The notes: generated by a model from the letters alone, not told the origin. Shown: positions 10,727-21,470, counted from the first letter of the stretch. The stretch is DNA of 64,000 nucleotides from Actinomycetota bacterium (GCA_041181555.1 JBEGPH010000001.1:4040-68039), one strand, 5' to 3'. A program made the numbers and translations.

Positions 10727-11293
10727 CTAAGCCCGGCGAGATTTCTTGGATGCCGCTTCGGCCTTACGCCAAGCTTCTTGAGCTTTAGTCAGGTTACCGA
10801 CGGAAACTTCTGCAGTTGGACGCCAACCTGCAGTTATTGCAATCGCTAGTGCGTCTGCGGCATCTGCCGGCTTTGGAATTTCCTTTAGACCCAGTAGCTT
10901 GGCAACCATGAACCCGACCTGATCCTTATTAGCTCGACCAGATCCGGTTACTGCCGCCTTCACTTCAGATGGCGTGTGCAACTGAATGGGTATACCTCTC
11001 TGGTTTGCCATTAGTAGAACTACTCCGGAGATCTGGGCGACGCCCATGACAGTGCGCAGATTCTGTTGGGCAAAAACCCTCTCTAGAGCAACCAGGTCGG
11101 GCTTAAAGGTGTCAAACTTATCGGACAGTGCTTTGGCAATTCGACCAATACGTTCATCGAGCTCTAGCGAGTTTTCTGTCCTAATTGTGTCTACATCAAG
11201 AAACGAAACCGAACGATTCTTGCCAACCTCAACTACGCCAACGCCACATCGGGTAAGACCTGGGTCAACCCCGAGAATGCGTCGGCTGGTCAA
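10727..11293 (-). CDS. ruvC: Crossover junction endodeoxyribonuclease RuvC
   Basis: ILGVDPGLTRCG, ERVF, DAADALA. Confidence 0.96.
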   Translation of the reverse strand: MTSRRILGVDPGLTRCGVGVVEVGKNRSVSFLDVDTIRTENSLELDERIGRIAKALSDKFDTFKPDLVALERVFAQQNLRTVMGVAQISGVVLLMANQRGIPIQLHTPSEVKAAVTGSGRANKDQVGFMVAKLLGLKEIPKPADAADALAIAITAGWRPTAEVSVGNLTKAQEAWRKAEAASKKSRRA

Positions 11294-12052
11294 CTAGTCT
11301 CTTTCGAGTTCTGCGAGAACTTCGGCAGACATATCGAAGTTGGTGTAAACGTTCTGAACATCATCTGAGTCTTCCAACTCGTCAATCAGATCGATTACCT
11401 TTCGAGCGGTCTCGGCGTCAACCTGCATTGGAATAGACGAAACAAACTCTGCGTCGGCAGATTCGTAATCAATGCCAGCACTCTGAAGAGCTGTTCTTAC
11501 GGCGACCATCGCACTCGGATCTGTGGTGATTACAAATTGCTCTCCACGATCCTCGATGTCCTCAATACCAACTTCTAAGACAGCATCAAGAATGGCGTCT
11601 TCGGTTGCACCGCTGGCTTTTGAAACCACAATCACGCCCTTTCGGCTGAACTGGTAGGCAACGCTACCGGGATCGGCCATTGTGCCATTGCCATTCTTAA
11701 ATGCCAAACGCACTTCAGCCGCTGCGCGGTTTTTGTTATCGGTAAGACATTCAACCAGCAGCGCAACACCGTTAGGGCCGTAACCCTCGTACATGATGGT
11801 CTGGTACTCAACCGCGTCCGCTCCACCACCAGAGCCACGCTTGATTGCGCGGTCAATGTTGTCGTTAGGTAATGATGACTTGCGACCCTTTTGAATCGCG
11901 TCGTACAGAGCGGGATTTCCATCTGGGTCTGGCCCGCCAAGACGCGCAGCAACTTCAATGTTCTTGATTAGTTTGGCGAAAAGCTTCGCACGCTTACCAT
12001 CGATAGCGGCTTTTTTGTGTTTGGTGGTAGCCCATTTGGAGTGGCCGGACAT
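11294..12052 (-). CDS. yebC: YebC/PmpR family protein
   Basis: [30 protein letters not shown]. Confidence 0.95.
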   Translation of the reverse strand: MSGHSKWATTKHKKAAIDGKRAKLFAKLIKNIEVAARLGGPDPDGNPALYDAIQKGRKSSLPNDNIDRAIKRGSGGGADAVEYQTIMYEGYGPNGVALLVECLTDNKNRAAAEVRLAFKNGNGTMADPGSVAYQFSRKGVIVVSKASGATEDAILDAVLEVGIEDIEDRGEQFVITTDPSAMVAVRTALQSAGIDYESADAEFVSSIPMQVDAETARKVIDLIDELEDSDDVQNVYTNFDMSAEVLAELERD

Positions 12053-12088
12053 AATGCTCCCGTGAGTGACGATTTTGTAAAAGTTTAC

Positions 12089-12664
12089 CTAAATCAGGTC
12101 GATTAGCAGTTGGTGAATCCGAGTCTCCCCTGTGACCTCAGGGTGGAATGAGATGCCGATAACTTTTCCTTGCTTGACTCCAACCACGCGACCGTCCTTT
12201 AGTTTTGCTATAACTTCGACTCCATTCCCTACTCGATCAACAATCGGGGCGCGAATGAATGCCGCATGAACAAGGCCTGGAACGCCGGCAACATCGAGGT
12301 CTGCCTCAAATGAATCATTTTGGTTACCAAACGCATTGCGAATAACCGTTACATCCAATCCGCCGAAGGACTTTTGCCCGGATGCTGGATCTGCAATTTC
12401 ACCCAACATGATTAGTCCGGCACAGGTTCCGAGAACCGGAAGGCCATTCGCGATCGCCTTTTTCACCGGTTCGTACATGCCGAAAATTTCAGACAGCTTG
12501 GATATGGTGGTGGACTCACCGCCAGGAATTACTAAAGCGTCTACCTCTGCCAGTTGGGCCGTAGTCTTAACCTCAATTACATCGACGTCGAGTTGCCGGA
12601 GGGTAAGAACATGCTCACGAACATCACCCTGAAGGGCAAGAACGCCAACGGTCTTTCTAGTCAA
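12089..12664 (-). CDS. pdxT: PLP synthase glutaminase subunit
   Basis: GVLALQG, PGGESTT, GTCAG (intact Cys), FHPE. Confidence 0.96.
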   Translation of the reverse strand: MTRKTVGVLALQGDVREHVLTLRQLDVDVIEVKTTAQLAEVDALVIPGGESTTISKLSEIFGMYEPVKKAIANGLPVLGTCAGLIMLGEIADPASGQKSFGGLDVTVIRNAFGNQNDSFEADLDVAGVPGLVHAAFIRAPIVDRVGNGVEVIAKLKDGRVVGVKQGKVIGISFHPEVTGETRIHQLLIDLI

Positions 12665-13561
12665 TTACCAACCGCGGTCGGCAAGACGGTGTGGCGCAGG
12701 AATGTCGTTGACATTGATTCCGACCATTGCCTCACCCAATCCGCGACTAACCTGTGCCAAAACTTCTGGATCGTTGTAGAAAGTAACGGCCTTAACAATT
12801 GCCTTGGCTCGTGACACTGGGTCGCCCGACTTGAAAATTCCTGAGCCAACGAATACCCCGTCTGCACCGAGTTGCATCATCATCGCTGCATCAGCAGGTG
12901 TAGCAACACCACCTGCGGTGAACATCACCACTGGTAGCTTGCCTGTGTGCGCTACCTCTCGAACTAGTTCGTATGGTGCCTGAAGTTCTTTTGCAGCTAC
13001 ATAAAGTTCGTCTTCGGTCTTCGCAGCAAGTGCGCGAATCTCAGAACTGATGGTCCTGATGTGTTTGGTTGCCTCTGATACATCTCCGGTACCTGCCTCA
13101 CCCTTTGAACGGATCATGGCAGCACCTTCAGTGATTCGACGAAGTGCCTCACCGAGGTTTGTGGCTCCACAAACGAAAGGAGTTGTGAATTTCCACTTGT
13201 CAATGTGGTTTACGTAATCCGCAGGAGACAGCACTTCAGATTCATCGATGTAGTCCACACCAAGTGCCTGAATGATCTGAGCCTCAACGAAGTGGCCGAT
13301 GCGTGCCTTGGCCATTACTGGAATGGATACGGCCTTGATAATTCCGTCAATCATGTCTGGGTCTGACATGCGGGCTACGCCGCCCTGGGCACGAATGTCT
13401 GCAGGCACGCGCTCGAGTGCCATAACAGCAACAGCACCAGCATCCTCAGCAATCTTTGCTTGCTCCGGGGTGACCACGTCCATGATCACGCCACCCTTGA
13501 GCATCTCGGCTAGGCCGCGCTTGACAAGTGAACTTCCGGTGGTTGGCTTGTTTTCGTTCAT
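12665..13561 (-). CDS. pdxS: PLP synthase lyase subunit
   Basis: [28 protein letters not shown]. Confidence 0.97.
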   Translation of the reverse strand: MNENKPTTGSSLVKRGLAEMLKGGVIMDVVTPEQAKIAEDAGAVAVMALERVPADIRAQGGVARMSDPDMIDGIIKAVSIPVMAKARIGHFVEAQIIQALGVDYIDESEVLSPADYVNHIDKWKFTTPFVCGATNLGEALRRITEGAAMIRSKGEAGTGDVSEATKHIRTISSEIRALAAKTEDELYVAAKELQAPYELVREVAHTGKLPVVMFTAGGVATPADAAMMMQLGADGVFVGSGIFKSGDPVSRAKAIVKAVTFYNDPEVLAQVSRGLGEAMVGINVNDIPAPHRLADRGW

Positions 13562-13570
13562 GGCTCAATT

Positions 13571-14104
13571 CTAAGCGGAGTATTTGCTCCACGCTGAAGC
13601 GATTTCCTCGCGCACCTCACCTAGCAGTCGAGGCAACGCCTTGGTCTCCGCAATAATCGGAAAGAAATTGGCGTCGTTTCGCCAACGGGGAACAATGTGC
13701 TGGTGCAGGTGGCCAGCAATTCCAGCTCCAGCTACCTCACCCTGATTCATACCGATGTTGAATCCGTGATTCTTGCTGACACCGCTAAGCACCCGCATAG
13801 CCTGTTGGGTAAGTTCGGCAATCTCATTTACCTCTTCGGTTGTGGCCAAGTCATAGGTGGGTACGTGACGGTAGGGGCAAACTAAAAGATGGCCACTGTT
13901 GTAAGGAAAAAGATTCAATAAGACGTAGCCGGTTTTTCCTCTATGAACGATGAGTGCCTTTTCATCCGACATTCCCGGGCCTAGGCAAAACGGACACTCG
14001 TGATCAGCTGGTTGCTGCCCCTCTTGGATGTAAACCAAACGATGCGGAGTCCACAAATGTTGAAAAGCATTTGGTACACCTGGAAGGTCAGCGGAATTTT
14101 CCAA
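13571..14104 (-). CDS. HIT-family protein (Ap4A phosphorylase-like)
   Basis: CPFC, NLFPYNSGH, HLHQH triad; follows thrS as usual in actinobacteria. Confidence 0.9.
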   Translation of the reverse strand: MENSADLPGVPNAFQHLWTPHRLVYIQEGQQPADHECPFCLGPGMSDEKALIVHRGKTGYVLLNLFPYNSGHLLVCPYRHVPTYDLATTEEVNEIAELTQQAMRVLSGVSKNHGFNIGMNQGEVAGAGIAGHLHQHIVPRWRNDANFFPIIAETKALPRLLGEVREEIASAWSKYSA

Positions 14105-14106
14105 AA

Positions 14107-16095
14107 CTAAACCTGAGTCTTGTTATCGACAATCGCACGAATTCGAGCGATGGCATCGGCTACCGGGATTCCGTTTTCTTGTGTTCCATCTCGGAAGCGG
14201 AATGACACTGCACCAGAATCGCGATCTTGACCGCCAGCAATCAGCATGAACGGAACCTTAGCCTTGGTGTGGTTCAAGATTTTCTTTTGCATACGATCGT
14301 CGCTGTGATCGACACTGACTCTGATGCCATGACGACGAAGCTCTGCCGCAATATCATCTAGGTAACCGCCGAACTCCTCAGCCACTGGAATACCAACTAC
14401 CTGTAGCGGTGCAAGCCATGGCGGGAAGTGACCCGCGTAGTGTTCGGTAAGCACACCGAAGAATCGCTCAATTGATCCGAATAGCGCTCGGTGAATCATT
14501 ACTGGTCGCTGACGCGTGCCATCAGGTGCCGTGTATTCAAGTTCGAATCGCTCAGGCAAGTTGAAGTCCAATTGGATGGTCGACATCTGCCAAGTGCGCC
14601 CGATTGCATCGCGGGCCTGCACAGAAATCTTTGGACCATAGAACGCTGCTCCACCAGGATCAGGAACTAGCTCTAGACCAGACTGCTTGGCCACTTTTTC
14701 CAAAGTTGCTGTTGCGGTTTGCCAAACCTTGTCGTCTCCAACAAACTTTGGGTTTCCTTCTTCTTTAGTGGAGAGCTCTAGATAAAAATCATCGAGACCG
14801 TAATCACGTAGCAAACCGAGAACAAAGTTGAGCACATTGGTTAGCTCAACCTCCATCGATTCCGGAGTTACGAATAGGTGTGCGTCATCCTGGGTCATCC
14901 CGCGTACGCGAGTAAGACCGTGTAGCGTGCCAGATTTCTCGTAACGGTAAACCGACCCGAACTCAAACATTCTTAATGGAAGGTCTCGGTAAGAGCGTGA
15001 TTGTGAACGATAAATCAAAATGTGGAATGGGCAGTTCATCGGCTTCAGGTAGTAATCCTGACCCTGTTTGCGAACAATCCCCTGTTCATCAACTTCTTCG
15101 TCGAGCTTCATGGGTGGGAACATACCCTCGGCATACCAACCCAGGTGACCCGAAATCTCAAAAAGGTTCGACTTTGTGATGTGCGGCGAGTAAACGAATT
15201 CGTAGCCCGACTCTTCGTGGCGCTTGCGTGAGTAATCCTCCATCACGCGTCGCATGATTCCACCCTTGGGATGGAATACGGCTAGGCCGGAGCCGATCTC
15301 CTCTGGAAACGAGAAGAGATCCAACTCCTGTCCAAGCTTTCGGTGGTCGCGCTTGGCCGCCTCCTCGAGTCGTTCTTGATGCGCACGCAACTCGTCCTTG
15401 GTTGGCCATGCCGTTCCATAAATGCGCTGGAGCTGTTTGTTCTTTTCGTTGCCACGCCAGTATGCCGCTGCCACTCGAGTGAGAGCGAAGGCGTTCCCAA
15501 TCATTCGAGTGTTAGGAAGGTGTGGGCCTCGGCAAAGGTCCTTCCATATGGTGGAACCATTTGCCGGGTCGACGTTGTCGTAAATGGTCAGGTCGCCAGC
15601 GCCTACCTCGGCTGCGCCCTCGCCTAAATCGCCACCTTTGAGACCAATAAGTTCGAGTTTGTAAGGCTCGCCCGATAGTTCAACCCGCGCGTCGGCATCG
15701 TTTGTAACCCGGCGAATAAATCGCTGACCCGACTGAATAATCTTCTGCATTTGCTTCTCAAGAGCACGCAGATCTTCGGGAGTGAAGGGAGTCTCAACGT
15801 CGAAGTCGTAGTAGAAGCCATCAGCAACCGGAGGTCCGATTCCAAGCTTGGCTTCAGGATTGATGTTCTGTACAGCCTGTGCCAGAACATGGGCTGCCGA
15901 GTGACGGAGTATGTTCAAACCGTCGGGACTAGAAATGGCAACACCCTCGGCGCTGTCTCCATCGGATAGCTTGTGTGCAAGATCGCGAAGTTCTCCGTTG
16001 ACGCGCATTGCAATAATGCTTTTGTCAGTGAATAGACCGAAGCCATCAGCACCGTCGGCTAGCTCGGTTGCTACTCCATCAACTGTGACCTTCAA
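14107..16095 (-). CDS. thrS: Threonine--tRNA ligase
   Basis: [34 protein letters not shown]; start reassigned to TTG 16095 after SD AAAGGT. Confidence 0.96.
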   Translation of the reverse strand: MKVTVDGVATELADGADGFGLFTDKSIIAMRVNGELRDLAHKLSDGDSAEGVAISSPDGLNILRHSAAHVLAQAVQNINPEAKLGIGPPVADGFYYDFDVETPFTPEDLRALEKQMQKIIQSGQRFIRRVTNDADARVELSGEPYKLELIGLKGGDLGEGAAEVGAGDLTIYDNVDPANGSTIWKDLCRGPHLPNTRMIGNAFALTRVAAAYWRGNEKNKQLQRIYGTAWPTKDELRAHQERLEEAAKRDHRKLGQELDLFSFPEEIGSGLAVFHPKGGIMRRVMEDYSRKRHEESGYEFVYSPHITKSNLFEISGHLGWYAEGMFPPMKLDEEVDEQGIVRKQGQDYYLKPMNCPFHILIYRSQSRSYRDLPLRMFEFGSVYRYEKSGTLHGLTRVRGMTQDDAHLFVTPESMEVELTNVLNFVLGLLRDYGLDDFYLELSTKEEGNPKFVGDDKVWQTATATLEKVAKQSGLELVPDPGGAAFYGPKISVQARDAIGRTWQMSTIQLDFNLPERFELEYTAPDGTRQRPVMIHRALFGSIERFFGVLTEHYAGHFPPWLAPLQVVGIPVAEEFGGYLDDIAAELRRHGIRVSVDHSDDRMQKKILNHTKAKVPFMLIAGGQDRDSGAVSFRFRDGTQENGIPVADAIARIRAIVDNKTQV

Positions 16096-16184
16096 AATGG
16101 CACCTTTCAATCTCTGCAATTCTAGCCAAGTGCTTAGGCGAGCCTTGCTAGATAACCGTCGAGCCATAGTGTTTTCTTATCCCT

Positions 16185-16952
16185 ATGGGAATCCTTAGCC
16201 GCAAGAGCAAATCAGAAAAAGAGCAGATTCGAGTCGAGGATGCAATCATCGCCTCGGAAGAATTCCAAAAGAACTCCATGGCAGCCAAACTCAATTGGCT
16301 TCGAGCTGGTGTGCTAGGCGCAAACGATGGAATCGTATCTACCGCAGGCTTGGTAATGGGCGTTGCCGGAGCAAACCCGAATAACACATCCGCAATATTC
16401 ATCGCTGGCGTTGCCGGATTAGTTGCTGGATCTATTTCGATGGCCGGCGGCGAATACACCTCAGTTTCAGCTCAGCGCGACAGCGAAATTGCCTCACTCG
16501 AAAAAGAACGCCAGGAGCTGATTGACGACCCTGCAAAGGAACTTCGTGAACTGATTTGGTTCTATGAACAAAAGGGCCTTTCCTTCGACACCGCCTCAAT
16601 TGTGGCCAATGAACTTACCGCCAAAGATGCCCTGCGCGCCCACGCAGAAGCTGAATTGGGCATCGATCCGGACCAACATGTCAGCCCTACCCACGCTGCA
16701 GGAGCTTCGCTAATTGCCTTTGCTGCCGGATCGCTACTTCCACTTCTTGCAGTTACCAGCTTTGGCCAGGAAACCAGAATTTATGCGACTGTAATCGCCG
16801 TGGTGCTTTCACTTGCCCTGACCGGCTACGTGGGGGCAAAGATTGGTGGCGCTAAGAGTCTTCGTGCCATTATTCGAAATGTAACAGTGTCGCTACTTAC
16901 TATGGGAATCACCTATGCAATTGGCTTCCTATTGGGAACTTCAGTCGCTTAG
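16185..16952 (+). CDS. VIT1/CCC1 family Fe/Mn transporter
   Basis: LRAGVLGANDGIVS, SMAGGEY, HAEAELG. Confidence 0.9.
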   Translation: MGILSRKSKSEKEQIRVEDAIIASEEFQKNSMAAKLNWLRAGVLGANDGIVSTAGLVMGVAGANPNNTSAIFIAGVAGLVAGSISMAGGEYTSVSAQRDSEIASLEKERQELIDDPAKELRELIWFYEQKGLSFDTASIVANELTAKDALRAHAEAELGIDPDQHVSPTHAAGASLIAFAAGSLLPLLAVTSFGQETRIYATVIAVVLSLALTGYVGAKIGGAKSLRAIIRNVTVSLLTMGITYAIGFLLGTSVA

Positions 16953-16971
16953 GCTCACGTAAAATCAACTG

Positions 16972-18450
16972 GTGAGCAAATTCCAGAAGGTTGATGTTGC
17001 CCTTATCGGCGGTGGCATCATGAGCGCCACCCTCGGCACTTTTCTGAATCTGCTCAATCCCGAATTCAAAATGGTTGCCTTCGAGCGACTTGATGACGTA
17101 GCTCTGGAGAGTTCCAATCCTTGGAACAACGCAGGCACCGGCCACGCGGCGCTCTGTGAACTCAACTACATGCCAGACAGCAAAGACGGGTCTCTACCGT
17201 CGCCGGCGAAGGCAATCCAGATCAACGAACAATTTCAGTTGAGCCGTCAATTCTGGGCTTACTTGGTAAAGCAGGGCATTCTTGCTGACCCGAGATCCTT
17301 CATTCACTCAACCGCTCACATGACTTACGTCAAAGGCGAAAAGGACGTTGATTATCTGCGTCGTCGCGCAGAAGTTTTGAAGTCAGAGCCACTATTTAAG
17401 GGCTTCGAATTTACAACCGATCACAAAAAAATCGGCAAGTGGGCTCCGCTACTGATTCAAGGGCGCGCAGCAAACGACGTGATTGCAGCAACACGAATCG
17501 AGTCAGGCACCGATGTTGATTTCGGTGCCATTACCCGACAGCTTTTTGGTTATCTTCGCGAGAGCGATATTCCGGTTCACACGAGTACCGAGGTAACAAA
17601 GCTCCGCCGCACGCCTGATGGTTGGCACATCACCGCGAAAAACAAGCACACCGGCGACGTAAGTTACACCGAGAGCAAGTTTGTCTTTGTTGGCGCTGGT
17701 GGCTGGGCACTCAAGTTATTACAGAAGTCCGGAATCCCAGAAGCAAAGGGATACGGCCTCTTTCCGGTTAGCGGTTCCTTCCTACAGACCACTAATCCAG
17801 AAATCGTGGCACAGCACTCGGCTAAGGTTTACAGCCAAGCTTCCGTCGGAGCTCCCCCCATGTCGGTACCTCACTTAGACACACGTGTGGTCGATGGAAA
17901 ATCTTCACTGCTTTTCGGACCATACGCAGGCGCAATTCCAAAGTTCCTGAAGAACGGTTCGCTACTCGACCTTCCGCTAGCCGTGAGAGCATCAAATTTG
18001 CGACCATATCTGTCTGTTGCAATTCGAAATCTCAGCTTGATTAAGTACCTGGTTGGGGAACTTACCAAATCCAAGTCTGCTCAATTCGCTGCGTTGAAAG
18101 ATTTTTATCCAAACGCGGATCCAAAGGATTGGAAGCTTATTGTCGCCGGGCAGCGAGCTCAGGTAATCAAGCGATTGCCTGATGGCTCGGGAACACTGCA
18201 GTTTGGAACGGAAGTTGTTTCCTCTGCGGATGGCAGCATCGCTGGCCTACTCGGAGCATCACCAGGTGCATCCACTTCAGTTCACATCATGCTCGAAGTA
18301 ATGTCTAAATCTTTTGCTATGCAATACCCAAGTTGGGAAAAGAAACTGAAGAAAATCATTCCTTCCCTCGGTATCCAACTAAACGAAAACCCTAAATTGG
18401 CAAAGGAAATTTTGGCTAGTACGGCAAAAACGCTAAAACTCCAGGCATAA
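16972..18450 (+). CDS. mqo: Malate:quinone oxidoreductase
   Basis: IGGGIMSATL, WNNAGTGH, APPMSVPHLDTR, LLGASPGAST. Confidence 0.96.
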   Translation: MSKFQKVDVALIGGGIMSATLGTFLNLLNPEFKMVAFERLDDVALESSNPWNNAGTGHAALCELNYMPDSKDGSLPSPAKAIQINEQFQLSRQFWAYLVKQGILADPRSFIHSTAHMTYVKGEKDVDYLRRRAEVLKSEPLFKGFEFTTDHKKIGKWAPLLIQGRAANDVIAATRIESGTDVDFGAITRQLFGYLRESDIPVHTSTEVTKLRRTPDGWHITAKNKHTGDVSYTESKFVFVGAGGWALKLLQKSGIPEAKGYGLFPVSGSFLQTTNPEIVAQHSAKVYSQASVGAPPMSVPHLDTRVVDGKSSLLFGPYAGAIPKFLKNGSLLDLPLAVRASNLRPYLSVAIRNLSLIKYLVGELTKSKSAQFAALKDFYPNADPKDWKLIVAGQRAQVIKRLPDGSGTLQFGTEVVSSADGSIAGLLGASPGASTSVHIMLEVMSKSFAMQYPSWEKKLKKIIPSLGIQLNENPKLAKEILASTAKTLKLQA

Positions 18451-18479
18451 AAAAAGACCCTCCGCTTGGAGGGTCTTTT
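18449..18479. terminator. Bidirectional intrinsic terminator between mqo and the tRNA cluster
   Basis: AAAAGACCCTCC-GCTT-GGAGGGTCTTTT perfect hairpin with A/T tails on both sides. Confidence 0.9.
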
Positions 18480-18492
18480 GCTTTAACCGCAG

Positions 18493-18564
18493 TGGTCGAT
18501 ACTGGGATCGAACCAGTGACCCCTTCCATGTCAAGGAAGTGCGCTACCGCTGCGCCAATCGACC
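18493..18564 (-). tRNA. tRNA-Val(GAC)
   Basis: Acceptor GGTCGAT/ATCGACC, anticodon arm CTTCC-TTGACAT-GGAAG, TTCGA T-loop; CCA not encoded. Confidence 0.95.
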
Positions 18565-18584
18565 GTGGTGAAACTTCTAATTCT

Positions 18585-18662
18585 TGGAGGTGGAGACGGG
18601 ATTTGAACCCGTGGTTTTACAGCTTTGCAGGCTGCTGCTTTGGGCCGCTCAGCCACTCCACC
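18585..18662 (-). tRNA. tRNA-Cys(GCA)
   Basis: Acceptor GGTGGAG/CTCCACC, anticodon arm GCAGC-CTGCAAA-GCTGT, U73, encoded CCA. Confidence 0.92.
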
Positions 18663-18710
18663 AATTCAGTCATTCTCACGAATAACTACATGGGGCTTAC
18701 GCCCGCTGCG

Positions 18711-18783
18711 AGCGGATGACGAGATTCGAACTCGCGACCCCAACCTTGGCAAGGTTGTGCTCTACCAACTGAGCCACATCCGC
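18711..18783 (-). tRNA. tRNA-Gly(GCC)
   Basis: Acceptor GCGGATG/CATCCGC, anticodon arm CAACC-TTGCCAA-GGTTG, U73; CCA not encoded. Confidence 0.95.
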
Positions 18784-18837
18784 GTATCTTGTTTCCAAGA
18801 CCTAGATACTCTAACCCAGAATCTGGGCGTTTATCAA

Positions 18838-20112
18838 CTACCCGCGCCACTTCCAGCGAGGATCGGTGCCCGCGTAACCTAGCTCTCCATGCTGAACCAG
18901 GTCTACTCCAGCAATCTCATCGGTGCTAGTTACGCGGAATCCGATGGTCTTCTGAATACCCGTTGCAATCAGCCAAGACATGACAAATGCGTAGATGCCG
19001 ACAGAAACACAACCAATCGCCTGTCTGCCTAGTTGCTCAAAACCGTGACCCAAAAATAATCCACTCTGCATTCCGAATAGGCCAATGTACATGGTTCCAA
19101 TCAAGCCAGCCACGAGGTGAACTCCAACAACATCGAGCGAGTCATCAAAACCGAAACGATATTTTGCCTCGATTGCAATCGCACAAACAACACCAACAAT
19201 CGCACCGAGAATTAGCGACCAAAAAGGGTCAAGGTAGGCACACGATGGAGTGATGGCGACCGCTCCGGCAACTGCACCCGTAGCGATTCCCACTGAAGTT
19301 GCCTTACCGTGCTTCAGTTTTTCGAAAAGACCCCACGACAGCATTCCTCCAACCGGAGCGGCGAGAGTGTTAATGAAAGCCAGTGAGGCCACACCGTCAG
19401 CTGCGGTTTCGGATCCGGCATTGAATCCGAACCAACCAAATAGCAAGATTGCTGCACCGATTAGCACGAGGGGTACATTGTGCGGTGCGTGCATTCCCTT
19501 GGTGAACCCAAAACGCTTACCGACGACTAAGGCAACAGCGAGTGCAGAAGCTCCAGAGGCAACTTCAACAACTGTTCCACCGGCAAAATCGAGTAGGCCG
19601 ATTTCGTGAACAAGCCAACCACCCGAAACGACCTTGCCGTCTTTAACGGTGAAGTTGAAAACCCAAGAAGCAACCGGGAAGTAGACAAATGTTGCCCAAA
19701 TACCAGCGAAAATCATCCAGGAACCAAATTTGGCACGGTCGGCAATGGCTCCAGAAATAAGAGCAACTGTGATGATGGCAAACGTACCCTGAAAACCACC
19801 AAAAGCGAATGGAAAACCATCCCCACTCTTGGCCGCTGCCAAGGCGTCGTTCATAAACAGTTTTTCAGGAGACAACCCAAAGAAAGAATCGATACCGATG
19901 AATCCGCCGTCCGATCCATTCGCGAAGGAAATTGCATAACCGTAAACGATCCAAAGCACGCCAATTAGTCCGAGCGAACCGAACGACATCATCATCATCG
20001 AAACCACGCTTGACGCTCGTACTAAGCCACCATAGAAGAAAGCCAAACCCGGAGTCATAAATAACACCAGGGCCGAGCAGATGATGAGGAACATCGTGGC
20101 GTCTTGATTCAT
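18838..20112 (-). CDS. amt: Ammonium transporter Amt, paralog 2 (Glu-His pore variant)
   Basis: MTPGLAFFYGG, FQGTFA, DFAGGTVVE, WFGFNAGS, DDSLDVVGVH; start ATG 20112 after AGGA. Confidence 0.92.
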   Translation of the reverse strand: MNQDATMFLIICSALVLFMTPGLAFFYGGLVRASSVVSMMMMSFGSLGLIGVLWIVYGYAISFANGSDGGFIGIDSFFGLSPEKLFMNDALAAAKSGDGFPFAFGGFQGTFAIITVALISGAIADRAKFGSWMIFAGIWATFVYFPVASWVFNFTVKDGKVVSGGWLVHEIGLLDFAGGTVVEVASGASALAVALVVGKRFGFTKGMHAPHNVPLVLIGAAILLFGWFGFNAGSETAADGVASLAFINTLAAPVGGMLSWGLFEKLKHGKATSVGIATGAVAGAVAITPSCAYLDPFWSLILGAIVGVVCAIAIEAKYRFGFDDSLDVVGVHLVAGLIGTMYIGLFGMQSGLFLGHGFEQLGRQAIGCVSVGIYAFVMSWLIATGIQKTIGFRVTSTDEIAGVDLVQHGELGYAGTDPRWKWRG

Positions 20113-20140
20113 GTGCTTCTTTCCTACTCCCGACACGCCA

Positions 20141-20167
20141 AAAGGAAGGCACCGTTTGGTGCCTTCC
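20141..20167 (-). terminator. Hairpin / weak terminator between the two amt genes
   Basis: Minus strand GGAAGGCACC-AAAC-GGTGCCTTCC followed by only TTT. Confidence 0.55.
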
Positions 20168-20195
20168 AGTCAGCGCAACTTTGTTGCGTTAAAAA

Positions 20196-21470
20196 CTACC
20201 CTCGATCGGAACCGAAAGCGTAAGCCTCTTCACCGTGAACCACGGTGTCGATGCCGGCAATTTCGTCCTCGGCCTTAACTCGGAATCCGATTGTCTTCTC
20301 GACTACCCAACCAATTAGCAAGGCCAAAACGAAGCTGTAGACCAATACCGCACCAGCACCAAGGGCCTGTGCTCCGAGCTGGTGGAAGCCATAACCGAAG
20401 GCTGCGCCAACACCGTTGCCGAAGATACCGATCCAAAGAGTTCCGACGATCCCACCAACGAGGTGGATACCAACTACGTCGAGCGAGTCATCGAAACCAA
20501 GGCTGAACTTTAGGTCGATGGCAAGTGCACAAAGTGCACCGGCAACAAGACCGAGCAGCAGACCCCAAATCGGATCAAGCGATGCACAGGCAGGAGTAAT
20601 TGCGACCAAACCTGCAACCGCTCCGGAACCGGCTCCAATAGAAGTGGCCTTACCGTGCTTGATTTTCTCGATGATGATCCAACCGAGCATTGCCGCCGCA
20701 GGAGCACCGATTGTGTTAATAAAAGCTAGCGAGGCAATACCGTCTGCGGCTACCTCTGAACCAGCGTTGAAGCCGAACCAACCGAACCAAAGCAAAGCGA
20801 CACCAAGGAGGGTTAGTGGAACGTTGTGTGGCTGGTTAATGCCCTTGCTAAAACCGAAACGCTTTCCAAGAACGATTGCGAGTGCGAGACCAGCTGCCCC
20901 AGCATTAATGTGAACCGCGGTCCCACCGGCGAAGTCAATTACGCCGAGGTTGTAAACAATCCAACCGCCGTCTACGACCTTGCCGTCCTGAAGAGTGAAG
21001 TTGAATACCCAGTTAGCAACTGGAAAGTAAACGATGGTAGCCCAAAGTCCAGCGAAGACCATCCACGCACCAAACTTTGCGCGGTCAGCGATTGCACCAG
21101 AAATCAGTGCAACAGTGATGATGGCGAATGTTGCCTGGAAGGCTACGAAAGCAAGAGATGGATAAGTGGTTCCATCAGCTGGGTTGAGTGAACTCTGTAC
21201 CTGAGCGTTTAGACCGATCGCAGAAGTGTCGATACCGAACCAGCCATCGATGCCGAAGAACGTGTCTGAACCGGCGCCTGAGAATGAAATCGCATATCCG
21301 TAAATGATCCACAGCACCGCAATTAGCCCAAGAGACCCAAAGCTGAGCATCATCATGCTGACAACGCTTTTTGCCTTAACCATTCCACCGTAGAAGAATG
21401 CAAGGCCAGGTGTCATGAGCAGCACCAGGGCGGCGGCAATCAGGACAAAAGCCGTATTTCCTTGATCCAT
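20196..21470 (-). CDS. amtB: Ammonium transporter AmtB, paralog 1 (canonical twin-His)
   Basis: DFAGGTAVHINAG, WFGFNAGS, DDSLDVVGIH; start ATG 21470 after GAGAGGT. Confidence 0.95.
   Translation of the reverse strand: MDQGNTAFVLIAAALVLLMTPGLAFFYGGMVKAKSVVSMMMLSFGSLGLIAVLWIIYGYAISFSGAGSDTFFGIDGWFGIDTSAIGLNAQVQSSLNPADGTTYPSLAFVAFQATFAIITVALISGAIADRAKFGAWMVFAGLWATIVYFPVANWVFNFTLQDGKVVDGGWIVYNLGVIDFAGGTAVHINAGAAGLALAIVLGKRFGFSKGINQPHNVPLTLLGVALLWFGWFGFNAGSEVAADGIASLAFINTIGAPAAAMLGWIIIEKIKHGKATSIGAGSGAVAGLVAITPACASLDPIWGLLLGLVAGALCALAIDLKFSLGFDDSLDVVGIHLVGGIVGTLWIGIFGNGVGAAFGYGFHQLGAQALGAGAVLVYSFVLALLIGWVVEKTIGFRVKAEDEIAGIDTVVHGEEAYAFGSDRG

Noticed and set aside
16096-16167. N-terminal extensions of thrS (and likewise amt, sigA, glnA, glnE, small ORFs)
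   Set aside because: Longest-ORF artefacts; downstream starts have SD or -10 support, or avoid large overlaps.
18450-18840. Possible integrated element at the tRNA cluster
   Set aside because: No integrase, no duplicated tRNA 3' end and no compositional shift seen.
18492-18882. Short + strand ORFs over the tRNA cluster
   Set aside because: Antisense to three tRNA genes.
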